Below are positions 28,470 through 39,333 of a DNA stretch of 64,000 bases, piece after piece. Each line of letters starts with the position of its first letter. The stretch's first letter is position 1. The DNA lies in contig CAIWXI010000137.1 of NCBI GenBank assembly GCA_903916595.1, forward strand, positions 2,979-66,978. Reading direction: 5' to 3'. Made by a program: the position numbers and the translations under genes. The notes beneath the pieces are model-generated. The model had not been told where the DNA came from and made no database searches. It saw only the letters and a program-made list of their open reading frames with translations. This DNA is from an uncultured Bacteroidales bacterium. Lineage in GTDB: Bacteria; Bacteroidota; Bacteroidia; Bacteroidales; FEN-979.

Positions 28470-29216
28470 ATGAAATTACTTGAAGGAAAGACAGCCCTGA
28501 TAACCGGTGCAAACCGGGGTATCGGCAGGGCCATCGCAAAATGTTTTGCCCGTAACGGAGGGAATGTCGCATTTTCTGATATTGCATATGATGAAAATTC
28601 GGTCTCTCTCGAGGAAGAGCTTAGAAATCTGGGTGTAAATGCCAGAGGCTATGCATCCGATGCAGGTTCATTTACCGATAGTGAGCAACTGGTTAATTCT
28701 GTGGTTGCTGATTTCGGGGCCCTGCACATTTTGGTGAATAATGCAGGGATAACCCGCGATAATCTGCTTCTTCGTCTTTCAGAATCAGATTGGGACCTGG
28801 TCGTAAAAGTCAATCTTAAATCTGTTTTTAACCTTACGAAAGCCGTTCAGAGGCAGATGATCAAACAGCGTAACGGATCGGTGATCAATATGAGTTCCGT
28901 GGTTGGGATCGAAGGCAATTTCGGACAGTCGAACTACTCGGCTTCAAAAGCCGGGATCATAGGATTTACCAAATCAGTAGCCATGGAGCTTGGCTCACGA
29001 AATATTCGCGTGAATGCAATTGCACCCGGGTTCATTGAGACCGAGATGACTTCGAGACTGCCCGATGAGATAAGGAAAGAGTGGATAGAGGATATTCCCC
29101 TGAAGCGTGGCGGAACACCCGATGATGTGGCTAAACTTGCTTTATTCCTGGCTTCGGACCTGTCGGAATATATCACAGGTCAGGTGATCAGTGTCTGTGG
29201 CGGACTTCATACCTGA
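28470..29216 (+). CDS. fabG: 3-oxoacyl-ACP reductase
   Basis: TGANRGIG, NNAGITRD and YSASK motifs. Confidence 0.95.
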   Translation: MKLLEGKTALITGANRGIGRAIAKCFARNGGNVAFSDIAYDENSVSLEEELRNLGVNARGYASDAGSFTDSEQLVNSVVADFGALHILVNNAGITRDNLLLRLSESDWDLVVKVNLKSVFNLTKAVQRQMIKQRNGSVINMSSVVGIEGNFGQSNYSASKAGIIGFTKSVAMELGSRNIRVNAIAPGFIETEMTSRLPDEIRKEWIEDIPLKRGGTPDDVAKLALFLASDLSEYITGQVISVCGGLHT

Positions 29217-29228
29217 CAGCAGTAACGT

Positions 29229-31301
29229 GTGAGCCTTTTAACAGAATTTCCTTTATGGTTTCTGCTTTTCTGCTTCCTGGCCGGGGCATTATTTTCATTT
29301 GGACTTTATTTCAGGAAAACCAGAAACCCTGAGAATTCAGCGCTTCTGATTGTTTTAATCCTGCTCAGGTTTCTGTCGGTCAGCCTGATTACTTTCCTTT
29401 TACTCACACCCCTTATACGCAGAACTGTCAGACAGATTGAAAAACCCATCATTGCTATAGGTATTGACGGTTCGCAATCGGTTGTTTCATCGGCCGATTC
29501 CGTTGCCGTGAGAAACAACCTCAGCCGCGATATTGAAAACCTCAGCCGGGAATTGTCCGGGCGGTTCGAGGTAGCTGTATATACGTTTGGGCAGACTTTT
29601 TCGCAAGGACTGCCTAAAGATTTCAATGGAAACCGCACCGATATTTCGGGGTTTTTCAATGAGCTGGGCAGCAGGTATGTAAACCGGAATCTGGGGGCGG
29701 TGATCATTGCCTCCGATGGGATTAATAACAAGGGGACTAATCCCTGGTATGCCATACAGAAGCTGAATGTTCCTGTATATTCCGTGGCACTAGGCGACAC
29801 ATCATTAAAAAGGGATATGTATATCAGGCATATCGATGTTAGCCGGCAGGTATATCTTAACGATCAGTTTCCTTTTGAGATCATGGCCGGGATGGATCAG
29901 TACGCGGGTAAGGAAACCAGGCTGATCATAAGACATTCAGGACTTGTTGTTTTCTCGAAAAATATCACGGCCTATAATGACCATTCCATTTTAAGAATAA
30001 GCGGGGCGCTGCAATCCAAAGAAAAAGGAATTCAGAAATATTCAGTTGAAATTGAAAGCCCCGGTGATGAATTCAACCGGACTAACAATACCCGTGATTT
30101 TTATGTTGAAGTGCTTGAGACCAGGATACGTGTTGCTTTGGTATACGAAAGTCCTCACCCTGATATTGCTGCTATTGTAAGCGCTCTGGGAGGGACTGCG
30201 AAATTTGAAGTTTCACAACTCAAACCTTCGGAGCTTCAGAATGGGAAGAAAGAATATGATCTCTATATTTTTTACCAGCTTCCGTCGGTTGCGGGAATGA
30301 CTGATATTTCGAGGCTTTTGCCGGATGGCAAGCCTGCCCTGTTTGTACTCGGAAGTCAGACTGATCTCTCGGGATTCAACAGGCTCAAGACAGGTCTGGT
30401 CATCAATTCCCAGAGGAAGACCATGACCGATATTCAGCCTATTCTTAACCCCGATTTTTCCTTGTTTCGTTTTGACAGGGAATTCTCGGCTGTTATATCC
30501 GAATTCCCTCCGCTTCAATGCCCTTCTGGAGTTTTTGAGACAGGCATTATGGCCGATGTGCTGTGTTTTCAGAAAATAGGAAATGTGAACACGAAATATC
30601 CGTTGTTACTGTTCTTCGATTTGCCGGCCCGCAAGACCGGTGTCATAGCGGGCGAGAACCTATGGAGGTGGAGAATATCTGATTATATTCAGAAATCTGA
30701 TTTCAGGCTCTTTGATGAGATGATTACGAGCATCGTCCAATATTTATCGGTAAAAACCGATCCAAGTCCGTTCCGGATAACAGTAAAAAGCAGGATAGAT
30801 GAAGGGGATCCCCTGGAGTTCGATGCAGTGCTTTTTAACCCGGGCCATGAGCTTGTTAATGATCCGGACGTGATGCTCGAATTGAAAAACGAAGCAGGAA
30901 AAAGCTATCCATATAGCTTTACACGTACCGAAAAAGGCTATTACCTTAACGCTGGCTATTTTCCTGCAGGCAACTACACGTACGAAGCCACGGTGAAAAC
31001 GGCCCAGGCCGTTTATAAAAAGCAGGGCCATATGAGTATAACCCCAATGGATATCGAGCTTATGAACCTGGTGGCCGACCATGCCCTGCTCAATAAATTA
31101 TCGTCGCGATATAATGCAAAGGTTGTCAGCCAGAAAAATATTACGGAACTCCCGGAACTGCTTAAGAAACGAGTCGACTTAAAATCAATCATTCATCTTC
31201 AGAGAAAGTATACTGAACTTGCCGGGGAGTGGTGGCTGTTTCTAATTATCCTTATCATGCTATTCGCCGAGTGGGCTATCAGCAAGAGAAACGGTTTGTA
31301 G
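29229..31301 (+). CDS. Membrane-anchored vWA-like domain protein
   Basis: Two N-terminal TM segments, DGSQS and SDG MIDAS-like motifs, C-terminal TM with EW..KRNG. Confidence 0.75.
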   Translation: MSLLTEFPLWFLLFCFLAGALFSFGLYFRKTRNPENSALLIVLILLRFLSVSLITFLLLTPLIRRTVRQIEKPIIAIGIDGSQSVVSSADSVAVRNNLSRDIENLSRELSGRFEVAVYTFGQTFSQGLPKDFNGNRTDISGFFNELGSRYVNRNLGAVIIASDGINNKGTNPWYAIQKLNVPVYSVALGDTSLKRDMYIRHIDVSRQVYLNDQFPFEIMAGMDQYAGKETRLIIRHSGLVVFSKNITAYNDHSILRISGALQSKEKGIQKYSVEIESPGDEFNRTNNTRDFYVEVLETRIRVALVYESPHPDIAAIVSALGGTAKFEVSQLKPSELQNGKKEYDLYIFYQLPSVAGMTDISRLLPDGKPALFVLGSQTDLSGFNRLKTGLVINSQRKTMTDIQPILNPDFSLFRFDREFSAVISEFPPLQCPSGVFETGIMADVLCFQKIGNVNTKYPLLLFFDLPARKTGVIAGENLWRWRISDYIQKSDFRLFDEMITSIVQYLSVKTDPSPFRITVKSRIDEGDPLEFDAVLFNPGHELVNDPDVMLELKNEAGKSYPYSFTRTEKGYYLNAGYFPAGNYTYEATVKTAQAVYKKQGHMSITPMDIELMNLVADHALLNKLSSRYNAKVVSQKNITELPELLKKRVDLKSIIHLQRKYTELAGEWWLFLIILIMLFAEWAISKRNGL

Positions 31302-31304
31302 ACG

Positions 31305-32135
31305 TTAGAGGTCTTTCTTTTTCATCACCCAAAACACAATTCCAATCATGATTGCTGCATAGCCCATTGGGATAAGGCAGGCTGTGAAACTCACGTTGGC
31401 CTGAAGTTCAAGGCCCATGATCTTTTTAAGCATGGGGATAGCAGGGTATTCGGTGAGCCTGATCACTGAATTAACTGGGAGATAGGTGTAGATGGTGTTC
31501 TTGAACATGAAAGGCGCCCTGAATAAGAAGTAGATTACCGGTTCAATGATGAGGGAATAGAGTGTGAAAATGGCAATTGCCATGCCGGTATTCCTGAGCA
31601 TAAATCCGCAGAAAAAAGCATAAACCATATAGCACAGCAGGCTAAGGAAAAACCCTGTCATGAATGGCAAACCTCTGGAGAAGAAGTCTACCTCATTGAA
31701 TCCTGAATGGGAAAGGCCTATAATAAAAGCCCCTGCGGTAAGGATTACTGTCGTCACCAAAGTCATAAGCAAAATAATCATCAGCTTAGAGACCAGGAAT
31801 TCGGTCTTGCTCATGCCGTTGATGATATTCTGCCGGATGGTCTTAAATGTAAATTCGTTGGTAATGAGGATGATCATGATGATTGCAGGGAAAATAAGTA
31901 CATATCTGATGCTTGCAAAGAATGCCACATTTTGCCAGACATCAGGAAAGTAATAGATAGCTACATGCGGGAAGGGGATCGGCAGCCGGCTGTTGATGTC
32001 GTTTACTATGTGGTTGATCATAAACTCGGCCAGAAGTATACCTGCAGCGAGAAACACGAAGTAGAGTCCGGCAAGTATCCAGAATACCTTGTAGGTCTGT
32101 ATTTTTTTAAATTCAATGCTCAGAAGCCTTCTCAT
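31305..32135 (-). CDS. ABC-2 type transporter permease
   Basis: Six TM segments and ITNEFTFKTIRQNIING; overlaps the ATPase gene. Confidence 0.85.
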   Translation of the reverse strand: MRRLLSIEFKKIQTYKVFWILAGLYFVFLAAGILLAEFMINHIVNDINSRLPIPFPHVAIYYFPDVWQNVAFFASIRYVLIFPAIIMIILITNEFTFKTIRQNIINGMSKTEFLVSKLMIILLMTLVTTVILTAGAFIIGLSHSGFNEVDFFSRGLPFMTGFFLSLLCYMVYAFFCGFMLRNTGMAIAIFTLYSLIIEPVIYFLFRAPFMFKNTIYTYLPVNSVIRLTEYPAIPMLKKIMGLELQANVSFTACLIPMGYAAIMIGIVFWVMKKKDL

Positions 32136-33034
32136 GGGTTCTCATGTAAAAGTTCGAGAAAATGCTGTTCGAGACTGCGTTTCTTCTCTGACAGATGGCT
32201 GAGGATAATGCCCTTTTGATGAAGAAACGCGTTGATATCAGAGGGGGTCACCACTGTTGAGAAATGTACCTGAATGATTCCGGCGGTTTCGGTGTATGAA
32301 GTGTAGCCTGGAATTTCCTTAACTGCTGCCGTAAGACCCCTCATGTCAGCTGCAGCCATTTCAATCGAGTCGGAAACGGATAGTACTTCCTGCACCTGGC
32401 CACAGAAGAGCATCACGCCCTTTTGAAGTACAAGAACATGGTTGCAGATCTTCTGAACTTCATCGAGAAGATGGGAAGCCAGAAGTATGGTTGTGCCCCG
32501 GGAAGCAACCAATGAGATCAGCTCCCTGATCTGCGCTATCCCCTGTGGGTCGAGGCCGTTGGTAGGTTCATCGAGGATCATCACCTCGGGTTTGCCAAGC
32601 AGGGCTGAGGCTAATGCAAGCCTTTGCCGCATGCCGAATGAAAAAGTCCTGAACTTTGAGAACCTCCGTTCATGAAGGCCTGACAACTGCAGCACTTCAT
32701 CGACATCATCATACGGTTTATTCTTTATATCGGCTACGATTTTCAGGTTTGTTACAGCATCCAGGTAAGGAAAAAAGTTCGGACTTTCGATGACTGAGCC
32801 TATACGTTTTCTGCTTTCATTGGAAGGAGGCTGTCCGAACCAGCTGAACATACCATGATCAGGAGGAATGAGACCGAGCAGCATGCTCAGAGTCGTAGTC
32901 TTACCGCTGCCGTTGGGCCCGAGGATCCCGAAAACATGACCTTTTCCGACCTCAAAAGATAGCTGGTTTACCGCTTTGATCTTTCCAAAGCTCTTTGAAA
33001 TGTTCTCAACAGAAAGAATGGTTTCCACCGGCAA
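32132..33034 (-). CDS. ABC transporter ATP-binding protein
   Basis: GPNGSGKTT, FSFGMRQR and LDEPTNGLD motifs. Confidence 0.95.
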   Translation of the reverse strand: MPVETILSVENISKSFGKIKAVNQLSFEVGKGHVFGILGPNGSGKTTTLSMLLGLIPPDHGMFSWFGQPPSNESRKRIGSVIESPNFFPYLDAVTNLKIVADIKNKPYDDVDEVLQLSGLHERRFSKFRTFSFGMRQRLALASALLGKPEVMILDEPTNGLDPQGIAQIRELISLVASRGTTILLASHLLDEVQKICNHVLVLQKGVMLFCGQVQEVLSVSDSIEMAAADMRGLTAAVKEIPGYTSYTETAGIIQVHFSTVVTPSDINAFLHQKGIILSHLSEKKRSLEQHFLELLHENP

Positions 33035-33082
33035 TAAAGTATAATTAAGTTTTAGACGATACGCGATGCTATTCGTTACAGC

Positions 33083-33793
33083 TTAATACCGATAAAGTAA
33101 AAAAACAGCGGGGGTTTTGCCGAGGACCGGCTTCATTTTTTTCCAGTCCCCAACCTGGTACACCATGATATTCTCAGCCGGGCCGGTTAGTCCTATGCCC
33201 AGGCCCAGCATGGTGTCGGCCCTGCAGTGCTGAAGAATAGCCTGAAAGACCTGTTCATTCCTGTAAGGTGTTTCAATGAATATCTGAGTCTGTTTTTTGT
33301 CAGCTGCAGCACGTTCCATTTCTTTCAGCTGCCGCACCCGGGTCTGTTTATCGACCGAGAGGTAGCCCAGGAAAGAAAAATTCTGGCCGTTGAATCCTGA
33401 AGCCATCAGGGAAAGCAAAATCGAGGACGGACCTGTAAGTGGTTTCACAATTATCCCGTTTTCATGGGCCAGCCGTACAATCCCCGATCCCGGATCGGCC
33501 ACGCAGGGGCAACCGGCTTCCGAAAGCAGGCCAATATCCTTGCCTTCATCTGTAACGCCAAGGAACTCCTCAAAAGAGGGCAGGGGAGAATGTTCATTGA
33601 AAAGATGAAAAGTGACCTCACTGAAGTCGCGGGTAAACCCGGCTTTCCTGAGAAACCTCCGGGCTGTCTTCAATTCCTCGACAATAAAGCAGTCGAGGCC
33701 GCGGATGACTTTTAAGGTACCCTCGGGCAGGACATCCTCAATGGCCTGATCGCTCAGAGCCGAGGGGATTAGGTATAGAACGCCATGTTTCAT
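33083..33793 (-). CDS. RsmI-like SAM-dependent methyltransferase
   Basis: LYLIP, SEAGCPCVADPG, GPSSI and FIETPYRN motifs. Confidence 0.88.
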   Translation of the reverse strand: MKHGVLYLIPSALSDQAIEDVLPEGTLKVIRGLDCFIVEELKTARRFLRKAGFTRDFSEVTFHLFNEHSPLPSFEEFLGVTDEGKDIGLLSEAGCPCVADPGSGIVRLAHENGIIVKPLTGPSSILLSLMASGFNGQNFSFLGYLSVDKQTRVRQLKEMERAAADKKQTQIFIETPYRNEQVFQAILQHCRADTMLGLGIGLTGPAENIMVYQVGDWKKMKPVLGKTPAVFLLYRY

Positions 33794-33794
33794 T

Positions 33795-34745
33795 TTACCA
33801 GGGTAAGTTGTTAAGGTCGACATTACCGCCCGAAAAGATCAGGCCGATACGTTTACCCTCAACGTTTATTTTGTTTTCCATGATGGCGGCAAAAGGTACT
33901 GCGGATGAGGGTTCCACGATGATCTTCATCCTTTCCCAGATAAACATCATGGCTCTGACTATGCTTTCCTCACTTACCGTGACAATAGCATTTACATGTT
34001 TCCGGATAATCGGAAAGGTAAGACTCCCCAGTGATGTTCTTAATCCATCGGCAATAGTCTCCGGCTTCACCGACGGTATCAGTGTCCCCGAAACAAAAGA
34101 CCTGAAAGCATCGTCGGCCTGTTCAGGTTCGGCCGCTATCACTTGTGCCGGGGGGGCAAAATAATAGGCCGACAGGGCCGTGCCACTCAGTAATCCGCCG
34201 CCACCAACAGGTGCAAGAATAATTTCGAGACCTGGTATTTCTTCTGTCAGTTCGAGGGCTGTAGTAGCCTGACCGGCTATGATACGGGTATCGTTATATG
34301 GGTGGATCTCAACAGCCCCTGTTTCTTCAATGACTTTCTGCAGGGTAGTTTCGCGGGATGTAAGCGTGGGTTCGCAGAAGGTGATTCTGCCTCCGTATCC
34401 TTTAACAGCTTCAATTTTTACGGGTGATGAGTCTGATGGCATCACGATATGAGCGGTCGCCCCGGCAAGAGCCGCAGCCCATGAGAGCGCCTGCGCATGG
34501 TTGCCGCTGGAATGTGTTGCAACGCCTTTCTTCAGAAGGTCCGGAGGCAGGCTCCTTACAGCATTGGTTGCTCCCCTGGCTTTAAAAGCCCCGACTTTCT
34601 GAAAATTTTCACACTTAAAAAAGAGCTCGCAACCGTATTTCCGGTTAATGGTTGAGGAAGTGAGAACCTGTGTGTGGTTGATATATGGCTTTATGAGTTC
34701 ATGGGCCGCCCTGATTTGCCCCGCTGTTGGAAATTCTATTGTCAT
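33795..34745 (-). CDS. PLP-dependent serine/threonine dehydratase or racemase
   Basis: FKCENFQKVGAFKARGA, HSSGNH, VGGGGL and SGGN motifs. Confidence 0.92.
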   Translation of the reverse strand: MTIEFPTAGQIRAAHELIKPYINHTQVLTSSTINRKYGCELFFKCENFQKVGAFKARGATNAVRSLPPDLLKKGVATHSSGNHAQALSWAAALAGATAHIVMPSDSSPVKIEAVKGYGGRITFCEPTLTSRETTLQKVIEETGAVEIHPYNDTRIIAGQATTALELTEEIPGLEIILAPVGGGGLLSGTALSAYYFAPPAQVIAAEPEQADDAFRSFVSGTLIPSVKPETIADGLRTSLGSLTFPIIRKHVNAIVTVSEESIVRAMMFIWERMKIIVEPSSAVPFAAIMENKINVEGKRIGLIFSGGNVDLNNLPW

Positions 34746-35218
34746 TTTTGTTCCTTTATTACGGGCCTGAGTTCCTTAACAAGGAGATCGCAGGCCGCTT
34801 CAAGCTGTTTGTATGTTCTTTCAAAGGCCTGCACGTCATGATACCAGGGGTCGTCGACCTCTGTGTTACTGCCAGGGTAGAGGATGTTGAGAATATAATC
34901 GACTTTTTTCATGTCACCGGCTGATCTGGCTGTTCTTGAAACCCCATGATAATGTGAGGAATCCATGACATAGATACGGTCGAAGTGATCGAAATCCTGC
35001 TTCCGGAAGAGCCTTGAGGTATGAGAGGAAATATCGATGTTGTTTTTTTTGCAAACAGTCTGAGCCCGGCTGTCGGGATGGTCCCCGACATGAAAGGTTT
35101 CAAACCCGCATGAATCGATTTCAGCTTCGATGCGGGCAGCATGAAGTTTATGCCTGAGAATGCCTTCCGCCATCGGCGACCGGCAGATATTACCGGTGCA
35201 AACAAACAGGATTTTCAT
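34742..35218 (-). CDS. Low-molecular-weight protein tyrosine phosphatase
   Basis: VCTGNICRS and DPWY motifs. Confidence 0.95.
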   Translation of the reverse strand: MKILFVCTGNICRSPMAEGILRHKLHAARIEAEIDSCGFETFHVGDHPDSRAQTVCKKNNIDISSHTSRLFRKQDFDHFDRIYVMDSSHYHGVSRTARSAGDMKKVDYILNILYPGSNTEVDDPWYHDVQAFERTYKQLEAACDLLVKELRPVIKEQK

Positions 35219-35232
35219 AATAATAAAGAGGA

Positions 35233-36669
35233 CTATAGTTTGATACGTTTGTCGAGTTCTTCAACAAATTGCCGGAACTGTTTATCAGTCTCTACCAGAT
35301 TGTTTACCGTGCGGCAGGCATGAAGTACCGTGGCATGGTCTTTGTTTCCGCAGTGCAGACCGATACTTGCCAGTGAAGATTTGGTGTGTTTCTTAGAGAA
35401 ATACATCGACAGCTGCCTTGCCTGAACGATCTCACGTTTACGAGTCTTTGAATGGATCATCTCAATGGGGATATTGAAATAATCGCAGACCACCTTCTGA
35501 ATATAATCGATTGAAATCTCCCGGGAAGTATTTTTTACAAATTTGTCGATCATCTGCTTTGCAAGGTCCAGGGTAATGGTCTTTTTATTTAACGAGGACT
35601 GTGCAAGCAGTGAAATGAGAGCTCCTTCAAGTTCCCTTACATTCGTATTGATACTGTATGCAAGGTATTCCACCACTTCGGGAGGGACAACAATACCATC
35701 GTTATATAATTTTTTCTGAAGGATGGCAATGCGGGTTTCCAGGTCGGGCACCTGAAGGTCGGCACTCAAACCCCATTTGAAGCGTGAAAGAAGACGGGGC
35801 TCAATGCCTTTCATCTCAACAGGAGGTTTATCGGCAGTGAGTACGATCTGGTTGCTTTTCTGATGGAGATGATTGAAAATATGGAAGAAGACATCCTGGG
35901 TTTTTTCTTTGCCGGCCAGGTTGTGAATGTCGTCGATGATAAGAACGTCTATCATCTGGTAAAAATGAACAAAGTCGTTCTGGTTGTTGTTTTTTACCGA
36001 ATCAATGAATTGGTTGATAAACTGGTCGGTAGTCACATAAAGAACAGTCTTGTCAGGGAAATTATTCTTCACCTGCAGCCCTATGGCATGAGAGAGGTGA
36101 GTTTTGCCAAGACCGGTACTGCTATATAACAGGAGTGGGTTGAATGCTGTTTTTCCAGGGTTGCTGGCGACGGCATACCCGGCCGACCTTGCCAGGCGGT
36201 TGCAATCACCTTCAATAAAATTTTCAAAAGAATAACTTTCGATGAGTTGTGAGTTCACCTTGATCTTTTTCAAACCCGGGATGATAAACGGGTTGGGAAT
36301 CTCTTTAGAGGTTCCCCTGTTAAGATCAATAGGCATAGAGACCATCGGATTGGAAGTGGCTTTTTTCTCGGAAGTGGGAATATTAACTGTGAAAGGACCG
36401 GGATCCGATTGTGAATTGTCAACAATAATACTATATTCCAACCGGCCTTTATCTCCAAGTTCTTTTTTGATGGTCTTCTTTAGTAATCCAATGTAATGCT
36501 CCTCAAGCCATTCGTAAAAGAACTGGCTGGGAACCTGGATGGTTAGAACACTATCTTTAAGTTTAACCGGCTTTATCGGAAGGAACCACGTTTTAAAGCT
36601 TTGATAGTTTATGTTGTCCTTGATGACTTTGAGGCAATTTTCCCAAACTTCAATAACGTTCTTGTCCAT
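35233..36669 (-). CDS. dnaA: Chromosomal replication initiator DnaA
   Basis: YSFENFIEG, GLGKTHL, NVRELEG and KDHATVLHA motifs. Confidence 0.98.
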   Translation of the reverse strand: MDKNVIEVWENCLKVIKDNINYQSFKTWFLPIKPVKLKDSVLTIQVPSQFFYEWLEEHYIGLLKKTIKKELGDKGRLEYSIIVDNSQSDPGPFTVNIPTSEKKATSNPMVSMPIDLNRGTSKEIPNPFIIPGLKKIKVNSQLIESYSFENFIEGDCNRLARSAGYAVASNPGKTAFNPLLLYSSTGLGKTHLSHAIGLQVKNNFPDKTVLYVTTDQFINQFIDSVKNNNQNDFVHFYQMIDVLIIDDIHNLAGKEKTQDVFFHIFNHLHQKSNQIVLTADKPPVEMKGIEPRLLSRFKWGLSADLQVPDLETRIAILQKKLYNDGIVVPPEVVEYLAYSINTNVRELEGALISLLAQSSLNKKTITLDLAKQMIDKFVKNTSREISIDYIQKVVCDYFNIPIEMIHSKTRKREIVQARQLSMYFSKKHTKSSLASIGLHCGNKDHATVLHACRTVNNLVETDKQFRQFVEELDKRIKL

Positions 36670-37051
36670 TAATTCAATTTACCTTGAATTGTTTTCAAAA
36701 AATTATATAACTCTTTATTTGTCAAGGTGTAGGATTCTAAAAGTAAAATCAAAATCCATAAGAAAGACGTACCTGATTCGATTAACAAAAGTGATGAAAA
36801 AAAAATTATAAAAAAATGATTTCATGCTTGATTTTTAAAAATATTTAGTTTTGGTTTTTGCGTTTTAGTCAACCAAAACTTTGGGTAATTCCGATATCCG
36901 ATTAACAGTCAGAGATTTGTTTGTTAGGGCTACGGTGTCAATTGCGGCTCTTTATAATGGTTCTAAATTTCGTTATCGTTCTCTTTCAAACACTTAGCAA
37001 AATCAATGGTTCTGTTAATAATAAAACTGACTGATTATGCCTGTAATCAGC

Positions 37052-37672
37052 TCATTTTTTGGGTACATCCATACATGTAGATATGTTAGGAATTCTCATT
37101 AGTCGCTTCTTCACCTTTTCCTCCCTGCTTTTTCTGATGCCCAGGGTGACCCGGCAATCATTGTCGAAATTCTGGGCAACAAGTTCGAGGCCTTCTTCTT
37201 TCTGTATCCGCATCACATCGTTCATATTAATATAGGGAAAAGAAACAGTGATATTTATGGTGATGACCTTTTCGGTTTTTCCTGCATCGTCAAGGGCTTC
37301 CGATGCTGCCAGACGGTATGCATGTATAAGTCCGGGGATTCCCAGCTTGGTCCCTCCAAAATATCGGACTACAATAACCAGCGTATCAGAAATGGCTTTT
37401 GAAAGGAGTTGGCCGTAAATAGGCCTTCCTGCCGACCCGGATGGTTCTCCATCGTCGTTGAAGCGGTATATTTCCTGCGCAGGTCCAAGGCAATATGCAT
37501 AGCAATGATGGTTCGCATCGTAATACATTTTTCTGATGCTCCCAAGGATCTCCTTTACTTCAGCTTCCGAACCCGCCGGGAATGCCAGACCAATAAATTT
37601 GCTGGCTTTTTCACGGCTTATTGATTCTCCTTTTCGGGCTACAGAAAAATATATATCGGAGGCTTCACTCAT
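37052..37672 (-). CDS. yigZ: YigZ/IMPACT family protein
   Basis: DDGEPSGSAG and VVRYFGGTKLG motifs. Confidence 0.92.
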   Translation of the reverse strand: MSEASDIYFSVARKGESISREKASKFIGLAFPAGSEAEVKEILGSIRKMYYDANHHCYAYCLGPAQEIYRFNDDGEPSGSAGRPIYGQLLSKAISDTLVIVVRYFGGTKLGIPGLIHAYRLAASEALDDAGKTEKVITINITVSFPYINMNDVMRIQKEEGLELVAQNFDNDCRVTLGIRKSREEKVKKRLMRIPNISTCMDVPKK

Positions 37673-37740
37673 ACCGCTAAAGTACGGCTTTCTAGAAGGC
37701 GAGGCGCTTTTGTACGCGGTTTTTATAGTAATTTAGTGGC

Positions 37741-38625
37741 ATGAATACAGGAACCTTTACTGTAACGGATATCCGGAAGACCTTTCTTGAAGGTTTAAAG
37801 GATATGTATGATGTTGAAGAGATAAACAGCATTATATATATACTGTTTGAAGATTTCCTGGGGTGGCCAAGGACTAAGTTGCATCTTGAACCATTGGCCC
37901 GGCTTGGCTTTGCTGAGTCTGAAAGATTCTCTGCAGCCCTGGTTCGCTTGTCGCAAGGCTGTCCGGTACAATATATTACAGGTAAAGCCGATTTTAACGA
38001 GCTGCAGTTTGAAGTAAATCCATCGGTTCTTATCCCCAGGCCGGAAACGGCCGAGCTGGCTGCACTTATTGATCAGAAGCTGAAAACCTTGGACCTGAAT
38101 GGTTTTAATGCGATAGATTTAGGAACCGGCTCGGGTTGTATTGCAATTTACCTGAAGAAGCATTTCCCTGCCATCAGTATGTATGGAATTGATTATTCTG
38201 AAGACGCTCTTTCTACAGCCCGTTCAAATGCCGGTCTGCATCGTACAGAAGCTGGTTTTTATCTGGCAGATATTCTGCAAATAACTGAACCTCTGGCAAG
38301 TATTAAATTTAATCTGGTCGTGAGTAACCCGCCTTATGTTTGCATAAAAGAAAAAGATGCCATGATGCGTAATGTGACGGATTATGAGCCACATTCAGCT
38401 TTGTTTGTTGCGGATGAGGATCCACTGTTGTATTACCGCGCCATTGCCCGTTTTGCGCAACTCTGCCTTGCTCAGAAAGGACTTATCTATGTTGAAATCA
38501 ATGAGGCTTTTGGCCGGGAAATAACCGAAATGTTTAACTTTTCAGGATTTTCAGGTGTGACCTTGCTGAAAGATTTTCGCGGCAGGGATCGTTTCATCCG
38601 GGCTGAGTGCGGACCCCGAAAATAG
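37741..38625 (+). CDS. prmC: Release factor glutamine methyltransferase
   Basis: LIPRPET, DLGTGSG and SNPPY motifs. Confidence 0.95.
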   Translation: MNTGTFTVTDIRKTFLEGLKDMYDVEEINSIIYILFEDFLGWPRTKLHLEPLARLGFAESERFSAALVRLSQGCPVQYITGKADFNELQFEVNPSVLIPRPETAELAALIDQKLKTLDLNGFNAIDLGTGSGCIAIYLKKHFPAISMYGIDYSEDALSTARSNAGLHRTEAGFYLADILQITEPLASIKFNLVVSNPPYVCIKEKDAMMRNVTDYEPHSALFVADEDPLLYYRAIARFAQLCLAQKGLIYVEINEAFGREITEMFNFSGFSGVTLLKDFRGRDRFIRAECGPRK

Positions 38626-39268
38626 CTGTCCCGATTCTGACCATGGTACTGCCTTGTTCAATAGCCAGATCGTAATCGCCGGTCATTCCCATCGAAAGTT
38701 CGCAGAATTCATTATCATTTTCAAAAAAAACGGTTCTGATTTTAATAAAACTGTCTCTGAGGGAACCGAATTCCTGCCTTACCAGAGTCTTATCTTCAGT
38801 AAAAGTGGCCATACCCATCAGTCCAAGGATACGGATATGTTTCATGGCCTTATATTCGGCCGACCCCAGTATCTGGAAGGCTTCCTGAAGGTCGAGCCCG
38901 AATTTGGACTCTTCCGTGGCAATATGCAACTGGAGCAGACAGGAAATCACCCGGTTTATCTTCCCTGCCTCCTTGTCGACTTCTCCTAATAACTTCAAGC
39001 TGTCGATACTCTGTATCATATGGATGAAAGGCACGATGAATTTGACCTTGTTAGTTTGCAAATGGCCGATAAAATGCCACTGTATATCAGAGGGGAGGGA
39101 GGATGCTTTGGCCACAAGTTCCTGAACTTTGTTTTCACCAAACAACCTTTGGCCGGCCGAATAGGCTTCCATAATGGTTTCATGATTTTGCTTTTTTGAA
39201 ACCGCTATCAGCTGTACTTTTCCCGGGATGGAACGCAACGCTGATTCAAGATTTTCCCTGATGTTCAT
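38594..39268 (-). CDS. yggS: PLP homeostasis protein YggS
   Basis: AVSK, FGENKVQE, WHFIGHLQTNK and LSMGM motifs. Confidence 0.95.
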   Translation of the reverse strand: MNIRENLESALRSIPGKVQLIAVSKKQNHETIMEAYSAGQRLFGENKVQELVAKASSLPSDIQWHFIGHLQTNKVKFIVPFIHMIQSIDSLKLLGEVDKEAGKINRVISCLLQLHIATEESKFGLDLQEAFQILGSAEYKAMKHIRILGLMGMATFTEDKTLVRQEFGSLRDSFIKIRTVFFENDNEFCELSMGMTGDYDLAIEQGSTMVRIGTAIFGVRTQPG

Positions 39269-39333
39269 ATTTCAAGAGATTGTAACAAAAGTAATCATTT
39301 GCACGTTTATTTCATTCACCTACCTTTGCCCTT

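Noticed and set aside
36670-37051. oriC upstream of dnaA
   Set aside because: AT-rich, but no cluster of TTATCCACA-like boxes seen; only one weak TGTTAATAA.
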